From: Balanoglossus misakiensis | Lineage: Eukaryota; Animalia; Hemichordata | DNA: 64,000 nt | Assembly (NCBI GenBank): GCA_040954595.2 | Contig: CM082577.2 | Span: forward strand, 17,305,903 to 17,369,902 | Reading direction: 5' to 3' | Part shown: positions 21,601 through 36,600 of the stretch, in pieces | Position numbering within the stretch: position 1 is the stretch's first letter | Layout of the letters: the number at the start of each line of letters is the position of its first letter | Program-made: the position numbers and the translations under genes | The notes under the pieces: generated by a model | What the model was told of the DNA's origin: nothing | Database searches by the model: none | The model's input: only the letters and a program-made list of their open reading frames with translations

Positions 21601-24600
21601 GCAGGCCGTGCCCCCAACTAACGTCGGTGTTTGAAACGCCCTGGTTAAATTCGGGCTTTCTCTATAAATTGACAGGCAATAATGCAGTCCTACCCGAACA
21701 AATGTCGAGTGTTGACACGCTGTGACTTTCCCTCTTCGGTTTGCCCGACTTAGCCAACGTCTTTGTACTAGAGTGTCGGGTCTTTTGCAGAGCCAGGCCG
21801 AAGGAAATCCGACTTGATCACCGTTGCTAACGAACGCTAGTGTCTGTCATGGTGTGCCGGGGTTTTAGTCGAGCCAGGCCGTAGGAGATCTGACTTGATC
21901 ATCGTGGTCAATGTACGCGTGTTTCCGCTCTAAAGTGCCGGGGCTTCAGCTAAACCAGGCCGTAGGAAATCCGGCGTAATCACCGTTGATAACTTACGCC
22001 AGTCTGTGTCATATAGAGCCGGTGCACCAGCCGAGTCACGCCGTAGGAAATCTGACTTGATCAACGTGGTCAATGTACGCCTGTTTCTGCTCTAGAGTGC
22101 CGGGGCTTCAGCTGAGCCAGGCCGTAGGAAACCCGACGTGATTACCGTTGTTAACTTACGCCAGTCTGTGTCCTATAGTGCCGGGGCATCAGCCGTGCCA
22201 GGCCGAAGGAAATGTGAGTTGATCAACGTGGTCTCTGTACGTGTGTTTCTGCTCTAGAGTGCCTGGGCTTTAGCCAAGCTATGCCGTAGGAAATCTGACT
22301 TGATCAACGTTGCTACCGACCGCTAGTGTCTGTCATAGTGTGCCGGGGTTTTAGTCGAGCCAAGCCGTAGGAGATCAGACTTGATCAACATGGTCTCTGT
22401 ACGCGTGTTTCTGCTCTAGAGTGCCGGGGCTTTATCCAAGCCATGCCGTAGAAAATCTGACTTGATCACCGTTGCTAACGTACGCTAGTGTCTGTCATAT
22501 TGTGACGGAGATTTAGCCGAGCCAGGCCGTAGAAAAATCGACTTGTTCAACGTTACCAGTGTGCAACTGTTTCTGCTCTAGAGTGTCAGGGTTTAAGCCG
22601 ACTTATGCTGTAGGAAATCCGAGTTGATGAACGGGAATTCAATGTTAGAAAACCCGTGTGGAAAGTATCTCTACCCGTTTGAAACTAAGAAAAGAATTTA
22701 TTCTTATTTATTTTGTAAAAAAGACAATTTTTCGCAAAAAAGTCGAAAATGGTAATTTTGTCTTGGGTGATTCAAATTTTACCGCCTTTTCTGGAATTTG
22801 CAGCACTTTTTACAAGAGAACGACACTTCATGCTCCATAATATTTCTGAAAATGAAGAAAAGAGTTAATTTTTTATGATTTTTTTAAAAATTTACCATTT
22901 TTGTCAAAATATGGCCAAAATGGCTATTTTTTCTTGAATTCCGTCAATATCTCTGCATTTTTTGAGTGGTCGAAAGTTTTAACATACAATCAACATGTCA
23001 TATATGATCAGGGCACCAAATTCGAAGAAAAAAGGTTTTTTTGTTTTTTTTTTCTTAAAATTACATTTTCAAGGAAAATTTGGTAAAACGCAATTTTGTC
23101 TGCAGTGAGCCAAATTAGACGGTCTTTTGTGGAATTTGTATCGATATATACATACGAAGAGCATTCTATACTCCATCAGATTTCCGAAAATGTAGAAAAC
23201 AGTTATTTTTTGTAATTTTCAAAAATTTACCATTTTGACCAAATTGTGGCTAAAATTGTTATTTTCGTGTTGAATGCCGCCAGTGTCACTGCTTTTAAAA
23301 GTCATAAAAACTTTGAACATACAAGCAATTGTTTATATATGATCAGGTCACCTAATTAAAATAATAAAGAATGTTTTGCCTAAAAATGACCTTTTTGGTG
23401 CAAAAACGCAATTTTGTATTAAATCAGCTCATTCAGAGTGCATTTTTTATAATCAGCACCATTTTTACATATAATGGAAATTTCATACATCATCAGATAT
23501 CCAAATATGAAAAAATGATTTAGATTTTAGATGATTGTCCAAAATTAGCTGATATCTAATAAATGTAGTATTGAACCGTTCTGTTCCCCCCCCCCTACAT
23601 TATATGCGGTACGCCGATGTCAGCTTACCCGGCAGTACTGCAGGCCGTGCCCCCAACTAACGTCGGTGTTTGAAACGCCCTGGTTAAATTCGGGCTTTCT
23701 CTATAAATTGACAGGCAATAATGCAGTTCTACCCGAACAAATGTCGAGTGTTGACCCGCTGTGACTTTCCCTCTTCGGTTTGCCCGACTTAGCCAACGTC
23801 TTTGTACTAGAGTGTCGGGTCTTTTGCAGAGCCAGGCCGAAGGAAATCCGACTTGATCACCGTTGCTAACGAACGCTAGTGTCTGTCATGGTGTGCCGGG
23901 GTTTTAGTCGAGCCAGGCCGTAGGAGATCTGACTTGATCATCGTGGTCAATGTACGCGTGTTTCCGCTCTAAAGTGCCGGGGCTTCAGCTAAACCAGGCC
24001 GTAGGAAATCCGACGTAATCACCGTTGATAACTTACGCCAGTCTGTGTCATATAGAGCCGGTGCACCAGCCGAGTCACGCCGTAGGAAATCTGACTTGAT
24101 CAACGTGGTCAATGTACGCCTGTTTCTGCTCTAGAGTGCCGGTGCTTCAGCTGAGCCAGGCCGTAGGAAACCCGACGTGATTACCGTTGTTAACTTACGC
24201 CAGTCTGTGTCCTATAGTGCCGGGGCATCAGCCGTGCCAGGCCGAAGGAAATGTGAGTTGATCAACGTGGTCTCTGTACGCGTGTTTCTGCTCTAGAGTG
24301 CCTGGGCTTTAGCCAAGCTATGCCGTAGGAAATCTGACTTGATCAACGTTGCTACCGAACGCTAGTGTCTGTCATAGTGTGCCGGGGTTTTAGTCGAGCC
24401 AAGCCGTAGGAGATCAGACTTGATCAACATGGTCTCTGTACGCGTGTTTCTGCTCTAGAGTGCCGGGGCTTTATCCAAGCCATGCCGTAGAAAATCTGAC
24501 TTGATCACCGTTGCTAACGTACGCTAGTGTCTGTCATATTGTGACGGAGATTTAGCCGAGCCAGGCCATAGAAAAATCGACTTGTTCAACGTTACCAGTG

Positions 24601-27600
24601 TGCAACTGTTTCTGCTCTAGAGTGTCAGGGTTTAAGCCGACTTATGCTGTAGGAAATCTGAGTTGATGAACGGGAATCCAATGTTAGAAAACCCGTGTGG
24701 AAAGTTTCTCTACCCGTTTGAAACTAAGAAAAGAATTTATTCTTATTTATTTTGTAAAAAAGACAATTTTCCGAGAAAAAAAAGTCGAAAATGGTAATTT
24801 TGTCTTGGGTGATTCAAATTATACCGCCTTTTCTGGAATTTGCAGCACTTTTTACAAGAGAACGACACTCCATGCTCCATAATATTTCTGAAAATGAAGA
24901 AAAGAGTTAATTTTTTATGATTTTTTAAAAATTTACCATTTTTGTTAAAATATGGCCAAAATGGCTATTTTTTCTTGAATTCCGTCAATATCTCTGCATT
25001 TTTTGAGTGGTCGAAAGTTTTAACATACAATCAACATGTCATATATGATCAGGGCACCAAATTCGAAGAACAAAGGTTTTTTTATTATTTTTTCTAAAAA
25101 TGACATTTTCAAGGAAAATTTGGTAAAATGCAATTTTGTCTGCAGTGAGCCAAATTAGACGGTCTTTTGTGGAATTTGTATCGATATATACATACGAAGA
25201 GCATTCTATACTCCATCAGATTTCCGAAAATGTAGAAAACAGTTATTTTTTGTAATTTTCAAAAATTTACCATTTTGACCAAATTGTGGCTAAAATTGTT
25301 ATTTTCGTGTTGAATGCCGCCAGTGTCACTGCTTTTAAAAGTCATAAAAACTTTGAACATACAAGCAATTGTTTATATATGATCAGGTCACCGAATTAAA
25401 AAAATAAAGAATGTTTTGCCTAAAAATGACCTTTTTGGTGAAAAAACGCAATTTTGTATTAAATCAGCTCATTCAGAGTGCATTTTTTATAATCAGCACC
25501 ATTTTTACATATAATGGAAATTTCATACATCATCAGATATCCAAATATGAAAAAATGATTTAGATTTTAGATGATTGTCCAAAATTAGCTGATATCTAAT
25601 AAATGTAGTATTGAACCGTTCTGTTCCCCCCCCCTACATTATATGCCGTACGCCGATGTAAGCTAACCCGGCAGTACTGCAGGCCGTGCCCCCAACTAAC
25701 GTCGGTGTTTGAAACGCCCTAGTTAAATTCGGGCTTTCTCTATAAATTGACAGGCAATAATGCAGTCCTACCCGAACAAATGTCGAGTGTTGACCAGCTG
25801 TGACTTTCCCTCTTCGGTTTGCCCGACTTAGCCAACGTCTTTGTACTAGAGTGTCGGGTCTTTTGCAGAGCCAAGCCGAAGGAAATCCGACTTGATCACC
25901 GTTGCTAACGAACGCTAGTGTCTGTCATGGTGTGCCGGGGTTTTAGTCGAGCCAGGCCGTAGGAGATCTGACGTGATCATCTTGGTCAATGTACGCGTGT
26001 TTCCGCTCTAAAGTGCCGGGGCTTCAGCTAAACCAGGCCGTAGGAAATCCGACGTAATCACCGTTGATAACTTACGCCAGTCTGTGTCATATAGAGCCGG
26101 TGCACCAGCCGAGTCACGCCGTAAGAAATCTGACTTGATCAACGTGGTCAATGTACGCCTGTTTCTGCTCTAGAGTGCCGGGGCTTCAGCTGAGCCAGGC
26201 CGTAGGAAACCCGACGTGATTACCGTTGTTAACTTACGCCAGTCTGTGTCCTATAGTGCCGGGGCATCAGCCGTGCCAGGCCGAAGGAAATGTGAGTTGA
26301 TCAACGTGGTCTCTGTACGCGTGTTTCTGCTCTAGAGTGCCTGGGCTTTAGCCAAGCTATGCCGTAGGAAATCTGACTTGATCAACGTTGCTACCGAACG
26401 CTAGTGTCTGTCATAGTGTGCCGGGGTTTTAGTCGAGCCAAGCCGTAGGAGATCAGACTTGATCAACATGGTCTCTGTACGCGTGTTTCTGCTCTAGAGT
26501 GCCGGGGCTTTATCCAAGCCATGCCGTAGAAAATCTGACTTGATCACCGTTGCTAACGTACACTAGTGTCTGTCATATTGTGACGGAGATTTAGCCGAGC
26601 CAGGCCGTAGAAAAATCGACTTGTTCAACGTTACCAGTGTGCAACTGTTTCTGCTCTAGAGTGTCAGGGTTTAAGCCGACTTATGCTGTAGGAAATCTGA
26701 GTTGATGAACGGTAATTCAATGTTAGAAAACCCGTGTGGAAAGTATCTCTACCCGTTTGAAACTAAGAAAAGAATTTATTCTTATTTATTTTGTAAAAAA
26801 GACAATTTTTCGAAAAAAAGTCGAAAATGGTAATTTTGTCTTGGGTGATTCAAATTATCTCGCCTTTTCTGGAATTTGCAGCACTTTTTACAAGAGAACG
26901 ACACTTCATGCTCCATAATATTTCTGAAAATGAAGAAAAGAGTTAATTTTTTATGATTTTTTAAAAATTTACAATTTTTGTCAAATATGGCCAAAATGGC
27001 TATTTTTTCTTGAATTCCGTCAATATCTCTGCATTTTTTGAGTGGTCGAAAGTTTTAACATACAATCAACATGTCATATATGATCATGGCACCAAATTCG
27101 AAGAACAAAGGTTTTTTTATTATTTTTTCTAAAAATGACATTTTCAAGGAAAATTTGGTAAAATGCAATTTTGTCTGCAGTGAGCCAAATTAGACGGTCT
27201 TTTGTGGAATTTGTATCGATATATACATACGAAGAGCATTCTATACTCCATCAGATTTCCGAAAATGTAGAAAACAGTTATTTTTTGTAATTTTCAAAAA
27301 TTTACCATTTTGACCAAATTGTGGCTAAAATTGTTATTTTCGTGTTGAATGCCGCCAGTGTCACTGCTTTTAAAAGTCATAAAAACTTTGAACATACAAG
27401 CAATTGTTTATATATGATCAGGTCACCGAATTAAAAGAATAAAGAATGTTTTGCCTAAAAATGACCTTTTTGGTGCAAAAACGCAATTTTGTATTAAATC
27501 AGCTCATTCAGAGTGCATTTTTTATAATCAGCACCATTTTTACATATAATGGAAATTTCATACATCATCAGATATCCAAATATGAAAAAATGATTTAGAT

Positions 27601-30600
27601 TTTAGATGATTGTCCAAAATTAGCTGATATCTAATAAATGTAGTATTGAACCGTTCTGTTCCCCCCCCCCTACATTATATGCCGTACGCCGATGTAAGCT
27701 AACCCGGCAGTACTGCAGGCCGTGCCCCCAACTAACGTCGGTGTTTGAAACGCCCTGGTTAAATTCGGGCTTTCTCTATAAATTGACAGGCAATAATGCA
27801 GTCCTACCCGAACAAATGTCGAGTGTTGACCCGCTGTGACTTTCCCTCTTCGGTTTGCCCGACTTAGCCAACGTCTTTGTACTAGAGTGTCGGGTCTTTT
27901 GCAGAGCCAGGCCGAAGGAAATCCGACTTGATCACCGTTGCTAACGAACGCTAGTGTCTGTCATGGTGTGCCGGGGTTTTAGTCGAGCCAGGCCGTAGGA
28001 GATCTGACGTGATCATCTTGGTCAATGTACGCGTGTTTCCGCTCTAAAGTGCCGGGGCTTCAGCTAAACCAGGCCGTAGGAAATCCGACGTAATCACCGT
28101 TGATAACTTACGCCAGTCTGTGTCATATAGAGCCGGTGCACCAGCCGAGTCACGCCGTAAGAAATCTGACTTGATCAACGTGGTCAATGTACGCCTGTTT
28201 CTGCTCTAGAGTGCCGGGGCTTCAGCTGAGCCAGGCCGTAGGAAACCCGACGTGATTACCGTTGTTAACTTACGCCAGTCTGTGTCCTATAGTGCCGGGG
28301 CATCAGCCGTGCCAGGCCGAAGGAAATGTGAGTTGATCAACGTGGTCTCTGTACGCGTGTTTCTGCTCTAGAGTGCCTGGGCTTTAGCCAAGCTATGCCG
28401 TAGGAAATCTGACTTGATCAACGTTGCTACCGAACGCTAGTGTCTGTCATAGTGTGCCGGGGTTTTAGTCGAGCCAAGCCGTAGGAGATCAGACTTGATC
28501 AACATGGTCTCTGTACGCGTGTTTCTGCTCTAGAGTGCCGAGGCTTTATCCAAGCCATGCCGTAGAAAATCTGACTTGATCACCGTTGCTAACGTACACT
28601 AGTGTCTGTCATATTGTGACGGAGATTTAGCCGAGCCAGGCCGTAGAAAAATCGACTTGTTCAACGTTACCAGTGTGCAACTGTTTCTGCTCTAGAGTGT
28701 CAGGGTTTAAGCCGACTTATGCTGTAGGAAATCTGAGTTGATGAACGGTAATTCAATGTTAGAAAACCCGTGTGGAAAGTATCTCTAACCGTTTGAAACT
28801 AAGAAAAGAATTTATTCTTATTTATTTTGTAAAAAAGACAATTTTTCGAAAAAAAAGTCGAAAATGGTAATTTTGTCTTGGGTGATTCAAATTATCTCGC
28901 CTTTTCTGGAATTTGCAGCACTTTTTACAAGAGAACGACACTTCATGCTCCATAATATTTCTGAAAATGAAGAAAAGAGTTAATTTTTTATGATTTTTCA
29001 AAAATTTACAATTTTTGTCAAATATGGCCAAAATGGCTATTTTTTCTTGAATTCCGTCAATATCTCTGCATTTTTTGAGTGGTCGAAAGTTTTAACATAC
29101 AATCAACATGTCATATATGATCATGGCACCAAATTCGAAGAACAAAGGTTTTTTTATTATTTTTTCTAAAAATGACATTTTCAAGGAAAATTTGGTAAAA
29201 TGCAATTTTGTCTGCAGTGAGCCAAATTAGACGGTCTTTTGTGGAATTTGTATCGATATATACATACGAAGAGCATTCTATACTCCATCAGATTTCCGAA
29301 AATGTAGAAAACAGTTATTTTTTGTAATTTTCAAAAATTTACCATTTTGACCAAATTGTGGCTAAAATTGTTATTTTCGTGTTGAATGCCGCCAGTGTCA
29401 CTGCTTTTAAAAGTCATAAAAACTTTGAACATACAAGCAATTGTTTATATATGATCAGGTCACCGAATTAAAAAAAATAAAGAATGTTTTGCCTAAAAAT
29501 GACCTTTTTGGTGCAAAAACGCAATTTTGTATTAAATCAGCTCATTCAGAGTGCATTTTTTATAATCAGCACCATTTTTACATATAATGGAAATTTCATA
29601 CATCATCAGATATCCAAATATGAAAAAATGATTTAGATTTTAGATGATTGTCCAAAATTAGCTGATATCTAATAAATGTAGTATTGAACCGTTCTGTTCC
29701 CCCCCCCCCTACATTATATGCCGTACGCCGATGTAAGCTAACCCGGCAGTACTGCAGGCCGTGCCCCCAACTAACGTCGGTGTTTGAAACGCCCTGGTTA
29801 AATTCGGGCTTTCTCTATAAATTGACAGGCAATAATGCAGTCCTACCCGAACAAATGTCGAGTGTTGACCCGCTGTGACTTTCCCTCTTCGGTTTGCCCG
29901 ACTTAGCCAACGTCTTTGTACTAGAGTGTCGGGTCTTTTGCAGAGCCAGGCCGAAGGAAATCCGACTTGATCACCGTTGCTAACGAACGCTAGTGTCTGT
30001 CATGGTGTGCCGGGGTTTTAGTCGAGCCAGGCCGTAGGAGATCTGACGTGATCATCTTGGTCAATGTACGCGTGTTTCCGCTCTAAAGTGCCGGGACTTC
30101 AGCTAAACCAGGCCGTAGGAAATCCGACGTAATCACCGTTGATAACTTACGCCAGTCTGTGTCATATAGAGCCGGTGCACCAGCCGAGTCACGCCGTAAG
30201 AAATCTGACTTGATCAACGTGGTCAATGTACGCCTGTTTCTGCTCTAGAGTGCCGGGGCTTCAGCTGAGCCAGGCCGTAGGAAACCCGACGTGATTACCG
30301 TTGTTAACTTACGCCAGTCTGTGTCCTATAGTGCCGGGGCATCAGCCGTGCCAGGCCGAAGGAAATGTGAGTTGATCAACGTGGTCTCTGTACGCGTGTT
30401 TCTGCTCTAGAGTGCCTGGGCTTTAGCCAAGCTATGCCGTAGGAAATCTGACTTGATCGACGTTGCTACCGAACGGTAGTGTTTGTCATAGTGTTCCGGG
30501 GTTTTAGTCGAGCCAAGCCGTAGGAGATCAGACTTGATCAACATGGTCTCTGTACGCGTGTTTCTGCTCTAGAGTGCCGGGGCTTTATCCAAGCCATGCC

Positions 30601-33600
30601 GTAGAAAATCTGACTTGATCACCGTTGCTAACGTACGCTAGTGTCTGTCATATTGTGACGGAGATTTAGCCGAGCCAGGCCGTAGAAAAATCGACTTAAT
30701 CAACGTTACCAGTGTGCAACTGTTTCTGCTCTAGAGTGTCAGGGTTTAAGCCGACTTATGCTGTAGGAAATCTGAGTTGATGAACGGGAATCCAATGTTA
30801 GAAAACCCGTGTGGAAAGTATCTCTACCCGTTTGAAACTAAGAAAAGAATTTATTCTTATTTATTTTGTAAAAAAGACAATTTTCGAAAAAAAGTCGAAA
30901 ATGGTAATTTTGTCTTGGGTGATTCAAATTATACCGCCTTTTCTGGAATTTGCAGCACTTTTTACAAGAGAACGACACTCCATGCTCCATAATATTTCTG
31001 AAAATGAAGAAAAGAGTTAATTTTTTATGATTTTTTAAAAATTTACCATTTTTGTTAAAATATGGCCAAAATGGCTATTTTTTCTTGAATTCCGTCAATA
31101 TCTCTGCATTTTTTGAGTGGTCGAAAGTTTTAACATACAATCAACATGTCATATATGATCAGGGCACCAAATTCGAAGAACAAAGGTTTTTTTATTATTT
31201 TTTCTAAAAATGACATTTTCAAGGAAAATTTGGTAAAATGCAATTTTGTCTGCAGTGAGCCAAATTAGACGGTCTTTTGTGGAATTTGTATCGATATATA
31301 CATACGAAGAGCATTCTATACTCCATCAGATTTCCGAAAATGTAGAAAACAGTTATTTTTTGTAATTTTCAAAAATTTACCATTTTGACCAAATTGTGGC
31401 TAAAATTGTTATTTTCGTGTTGAATGCCGCCAGTGTCACTGCTTTTAAAAGTCATAAAAACTTTGAACATACAAGCAATTGTTTATATATGATCAGGTCA
31501 CCGAATTAAAAAAATAAAGAATGTTTTGCCTAAAAATGACCTTTTTGGTGCAAAAACGCAATTTTGTATTAAATCAGCTCATTCAGAGTGCATTTTTTAT
31601 AATCAGCACCATTTTTACATATAATGGAAATTTCATACATCATCAGATATCCAAATATGAAAAAATGATTTAGATTTTAAATGATTGTCCAAAATTAGCT
31701 GATATCTAATAAATGTAGTATTGAACCGTTCTGTCCCCCCCCCCCCCTACATTATATGCCGTACGCCGATGTCAGCTAACCCGGCAGTACTGCAGGCCGT
31801 GCCCCCAACTAACGTCGGTGTTTGAAACGCCCTGGTTAAATTCGGGCTTTCTCTATAAATTGACAGGCAATAATGCAGTCCTACCCGAACAAATGTCGAG
31901 TGTTGACCCGCTGTGACTTTCCCTCTTCGGTTTGCCCGACTTAGCCAACGTCTTTGTACTAGAGTTTCGGGTCTTTTGCAGAGCCAGGCCGAAGGAAATC
32001 CGACTTGATCACCGTTGCTAACGAACGCTAGTGTCTGTCATGGTGTGCCGGGGTTTTAGTCGAGCCAGGCCGTAGGAGATCTGACGTGATCATCTTGGTC
32101 AATGTACGCGTGTTTCCGCTCTAAAGTGCCGGGGCTTCAGCTAAACCAGGCCGTAGTAAATCCGACGTAATCACCGTTGATAACTTACGCCAGTCTGTGT
32201 CATATAGAGCCGGTGCACCAGCCGAGTCACGCCGAAGGAAATCTGACTTGATCAACGTGGTCAATGTACGCCTGTTTCTGCTCTAGAGTGCCGGGCTTCA
32301 GCTGAGCCAGGCCGTAGGAAACCCGACGTGATTACCGTTGTTAACTTACGCCAGTCTGTGTCCTATAGTGCCGGGGCATCAGCCGTGCCAGGCCGAAGGA
32401 AATGTGAGTTGATCAACGTGGTCTCTGTACGCGTGTTTCTGCTCTAGAGTGCCTGGGCTTTAGCCAAGCTATGCCGTAGGAAATCTGACTTGATCAACGT
32501 TGCTACCGAACGCTAGTGTCTGTCATAGTGTGCCGGGGTTTTAGTCGAGCCAAGCCGTAGGAGATCAGACTTGATCAACATGGTCTCTGTACGCGTGTTT
32601 CTGCTCTAGAGTGCCGGGGCTTTATCCAAGCCATGCCGTAGAAAATCTGACTTGATCACCGTTGCTAACGTACGCTAGTGTCTGTCATATTGTGACGGAG
32701 ATTTAGCCGAGCCAGGCCGTAGAAAAATCGACTTGTTCAACGTTACCAGTGTGCAACTGTTTCTGCTCTAGAGTGTCAGGGTTTAAGCCGACTTATGCTG
32801 TAGGAAATCCGAGTTGATGAACGGGAATTCAATGTTAGAAAACCCGTGTGGAAAGTATCTCTACCCGTTTGAAACTAAGAAAAGAATTTATTCTTATTTA
32901 TTTTGTAAAAAAGACAATTTTCGAAAAAAAGTCGAAAATGGTAATTTTGTCTTGGGTGATTCAAATTATACCGCCTTTTCTGGAATTTGCAGCAATTTTT
33001 ACAAGAGAACGACACTTCATGCTCCATAATATTTCTGAAAATGAAGAAAAGAGTTAATTTTGTATGATTTTTTTAAAAATTTACCATTTTTGTCAAAATA
33101 TGGCCAAAATGGCTATTTTTTCTTGAATTCCGTCAATATCTCTGCATTTTTTGAGTGGTCGAAAGTTTTAACATACAACCAACATGTCATATATGATCAG
33201 GGCACCAAATTCGAAGAACAAAGTTTTTTTTTTTTTTTCTAAAAATGACATTTTCAAGGAAAATTTGGTAAAACGCAATTTTGTCTGCAGTGAGCCAAAT
33301 TAGACGGTCTTTTGTGGAATTTGTATCGATATATACATACGAAGAGCATTCTATACTCCATCAGATTTCCGAAAATGTAGAAAACAGTTATTTTTTGTAA
33401 TTTTCAAAAATTTACCATTTTGACCAAATTGTGGCTAAAATTGTTATTTTCGTGTTGAATGCCGCCAGTGTCACTGCTTTTAAAAGTCATAAAAACTTTG
33501 AACATACAAGCAATTGGTTATATATGATCAGGTCACCGAATTAAAAAGATAAAGAATGTTTTGCCTAAAAATGACCTTTTTGGTGCAAAAACGAATAAAT

Positions 33601-36600
33601 CGCAATTTTGTATTAAATCAGCTCATTCAGAGTGCATTTTTTATAATCAGCACCATTTTTACATATAATGGAAATTTCATACATCATCAGATATCCAAAT
33701 ATGAAAAAATGATTTAGATTTTAGATGATTGTCCAAAATTAGCTGATATGTAATAAATATAGTATTAAACCGTTCTGTTTCCCCCCCCCCCTACATTATA
33801 TGCGGTACGCCGATGTCAGCTAACCCGGCAGTACTGCAGGCCGTGCCCCCAACTAACGTCGGTGTTTGAAACGCCCTGGTTAAATTCGGGCTTTCTCTAT
33901 AAATTGACAGGCAATAATGCAGTCCTACCCGAACAAATGTCGAGTGTTGACCCGCTGTGACTTTCCCTCTTCGGTTTGCCCGACTTAGCCAACGTCTTTG
34001 TACTAGAGTGTCGGGTCTTTTGCAGAGCCAGGCCGAAGGAAATCCGACTTGATCACCGTTGCTAACGAACGCTAGTGTCTGTCATGGTGTGCCGGGGTTT
34101 TAGTCGAGCCAGGCCGTAGGAGATCTGACTTGATCATCGTGGTCAATGTACGCGTGTTTCCGCTCTAAAGTGCCGGGGCTTCAGCTAAACCAGGCCGTAG
34201 GAAATCCGACGTAATCACCGTTGATAACTTACGCCAGTCTGTGTCATATAGAGCCGGTGCACCAGCCGAGTCACGCCGTAGGAAATCTGACTTGATCAAC
34301 GTGGTCAATGTACGCCTGTTTCTGCTCTAGAGTGCCGGGGCTTCAGCTGAGCCAGGCCGTAGGAAACCCGACGTGATTACCGTTGTTAACTTACGCCAGT
34401 CTGTGTCCTATAGTGCCGGGGCATCAGCCGCGCCAGGCCGAAGGAAATGTGAGTTTATCAACGTGGTCTCTGTACGCGTGTTTCTGCTCTAGAGTGCCTG
34501 GGCTTTAGCCAAGCTATGCCGTAGGAAATCTGACTTGATCAACGTTGCTACCGAACGCTAGTGTCTGTCATAGTGTGCCGGGGTTTTAGTCGAGCCAAGC
34601 CGTAGGAGATCAGACTTGATCAACATGGTCTCTGTACGCGTGTTTCTGCTCTAGAGTGCCGGGGCTTTATCCAAGCCATGCCGTAGAAAATCTGACTTGA
34701 TCACCGTTGCTAACGTACGCTAGTGTCTGTCATATTGTGACGGAGATTTAGCCGAGCCAGGCCGTAGACAAATCGACTTGTTCAACGTTACCAGTGTGCA
34801 ACTGTTTCTGCTCTAGAGTGTCAGGGTTTAAGCCGACTGATGCTGTAGGAAATCTGAGTTGATGAACGGGAATTCAATGTTAGAAAACCCGTGTGGAAAG
34901 TATCTCTACCCGTTTGAAACTAAGAAAAGAATTTATTCTTATTTATTTTGTAAAAAAGACAATTTTTCGAAAAAAAGTCGAAAATGGTAATTTCGTCTTG
35001 GGTGATTCAAATTATACCGCCTTTTCTGGAATTTGCAGCACTTTTTACAAGAGAACGACACTTCATGCTCCATAATATTTCTGAAAATGAAGAAAAGAGT
35101 TAATTTTTTTATGATTTTTTAAAAATTTACCATTTTTGTCAAAATATGGCCAAAATGGCTATTTTTTCTTGAATTCCGTCAATATCTCTGCATTTTTTGA
35201 GTGGTCGAAAGTTTTAACATACAATCAACATGTCATGTATGATCAGGGCACCAAATTCGAAGAACAAAGGTTTTTTTATTATTTTTCCTAAAAATGACAT
35301 TTTTAAGGAAAATTTGGTAAAACGCAATTTTGTCTGCAGTGAGCCAAATTAGACGGTCTTTTGTGGAATTTGTATCGATATATACATACGAAGAGCATTC
35401 TATACTCCATCAGATTTCCGAAAATGTAGAAAACAGTTATTTTTTGTAATTTTTAAAAATTTACCATTTTGACCAAATTGTGGCTAAAAATGTTATTTTC
35501 GTGTTGAATGCCGCCAGTGTCATTGCTTTTAAAAGTCATAAAAACTTTGAACATACAAGCAATTGTTTATATGTGATCAGGTCACCGAATTAAAAAAATA
35601 AAGAATGTTTTGCCTAAAAATGACCTTTTTGGTGCAAAAACGAATAAAACGCAATTTTGTATTAAATCAGCTCATTCAGAGTGCATTTTTTATAATCAGC
35701 ACCATTTTTACATATAATGGAAATTTCATACATCATCAGATATCCAAATATGAAAAAATGATTTAGATTTTAGATGATTGTCCAAAATTAGCTGATATGT
35801 AATAAATATAGTATTAAACCGTTCTGTTTCCCCCCCCCCCCCCTACATTATATGCGGTACGCCGATGTCAGCTTACCCGGCAGTACTGCAGGCCGTGCCC
35901 CCAACTAACGTCGGTGTTTGAAACGCCCTGGTTAAATTCGGGCTTTCTCTATAAATTGACAGGCAATAATGCAGTCCTACCCGAACAAATGTCGAGTGTT
36001 GACCCGCTGTGACTTTCCCTCTTCGGTTTGCCCGACTTAGCCAACGTCTTTGTACTAGAGTGTCGGGTCTTTTGCAGAGCCAGGCCGAAGGAAATCCGAC
36101 TTGATCACCGTTGCTAACGAACGCTAGTGTCTGTCATGGTGTGCCGGGGTTTTAGTCGAGCCAGGCCGTAGGAGATCTGACTTGATCATCGTGGTCAATG
36201 TACGCGTGTTTCCGCTCTAAAGTGCCGGGGCTTCAGCTAAACCAGGCCGTAGGAAATCCGACGTAATCACCGTTGATAACTTACGCCAGTCTGTGTCATA
36301 TAGAGCCGGTGCACCAGCCGAGTCACGCCGTAGGAAATCTGACTTGATCAACGTGGTCAATGTACGCCTGTTTCTGCTCTAGAGTGCCGGGGCTTCAGCT
36401 GAGCCAGGCCGTAGGAAACCCGACGTGATTACCGTTGTTAACTTACGCCAGTCTGTGTCCTATAGTGCCGGGGCATCAGCCGTGCCAGGCCGAAGGAAAT
36501 GTGAGTTGATCAACGTGGTCTCTGTACGCGTGTTTCTGCTCTAGAGTGCCTGGGCTTTAGCCAAGCTATGCCGTAGGAAATCTGACTTGATCAACGTTGC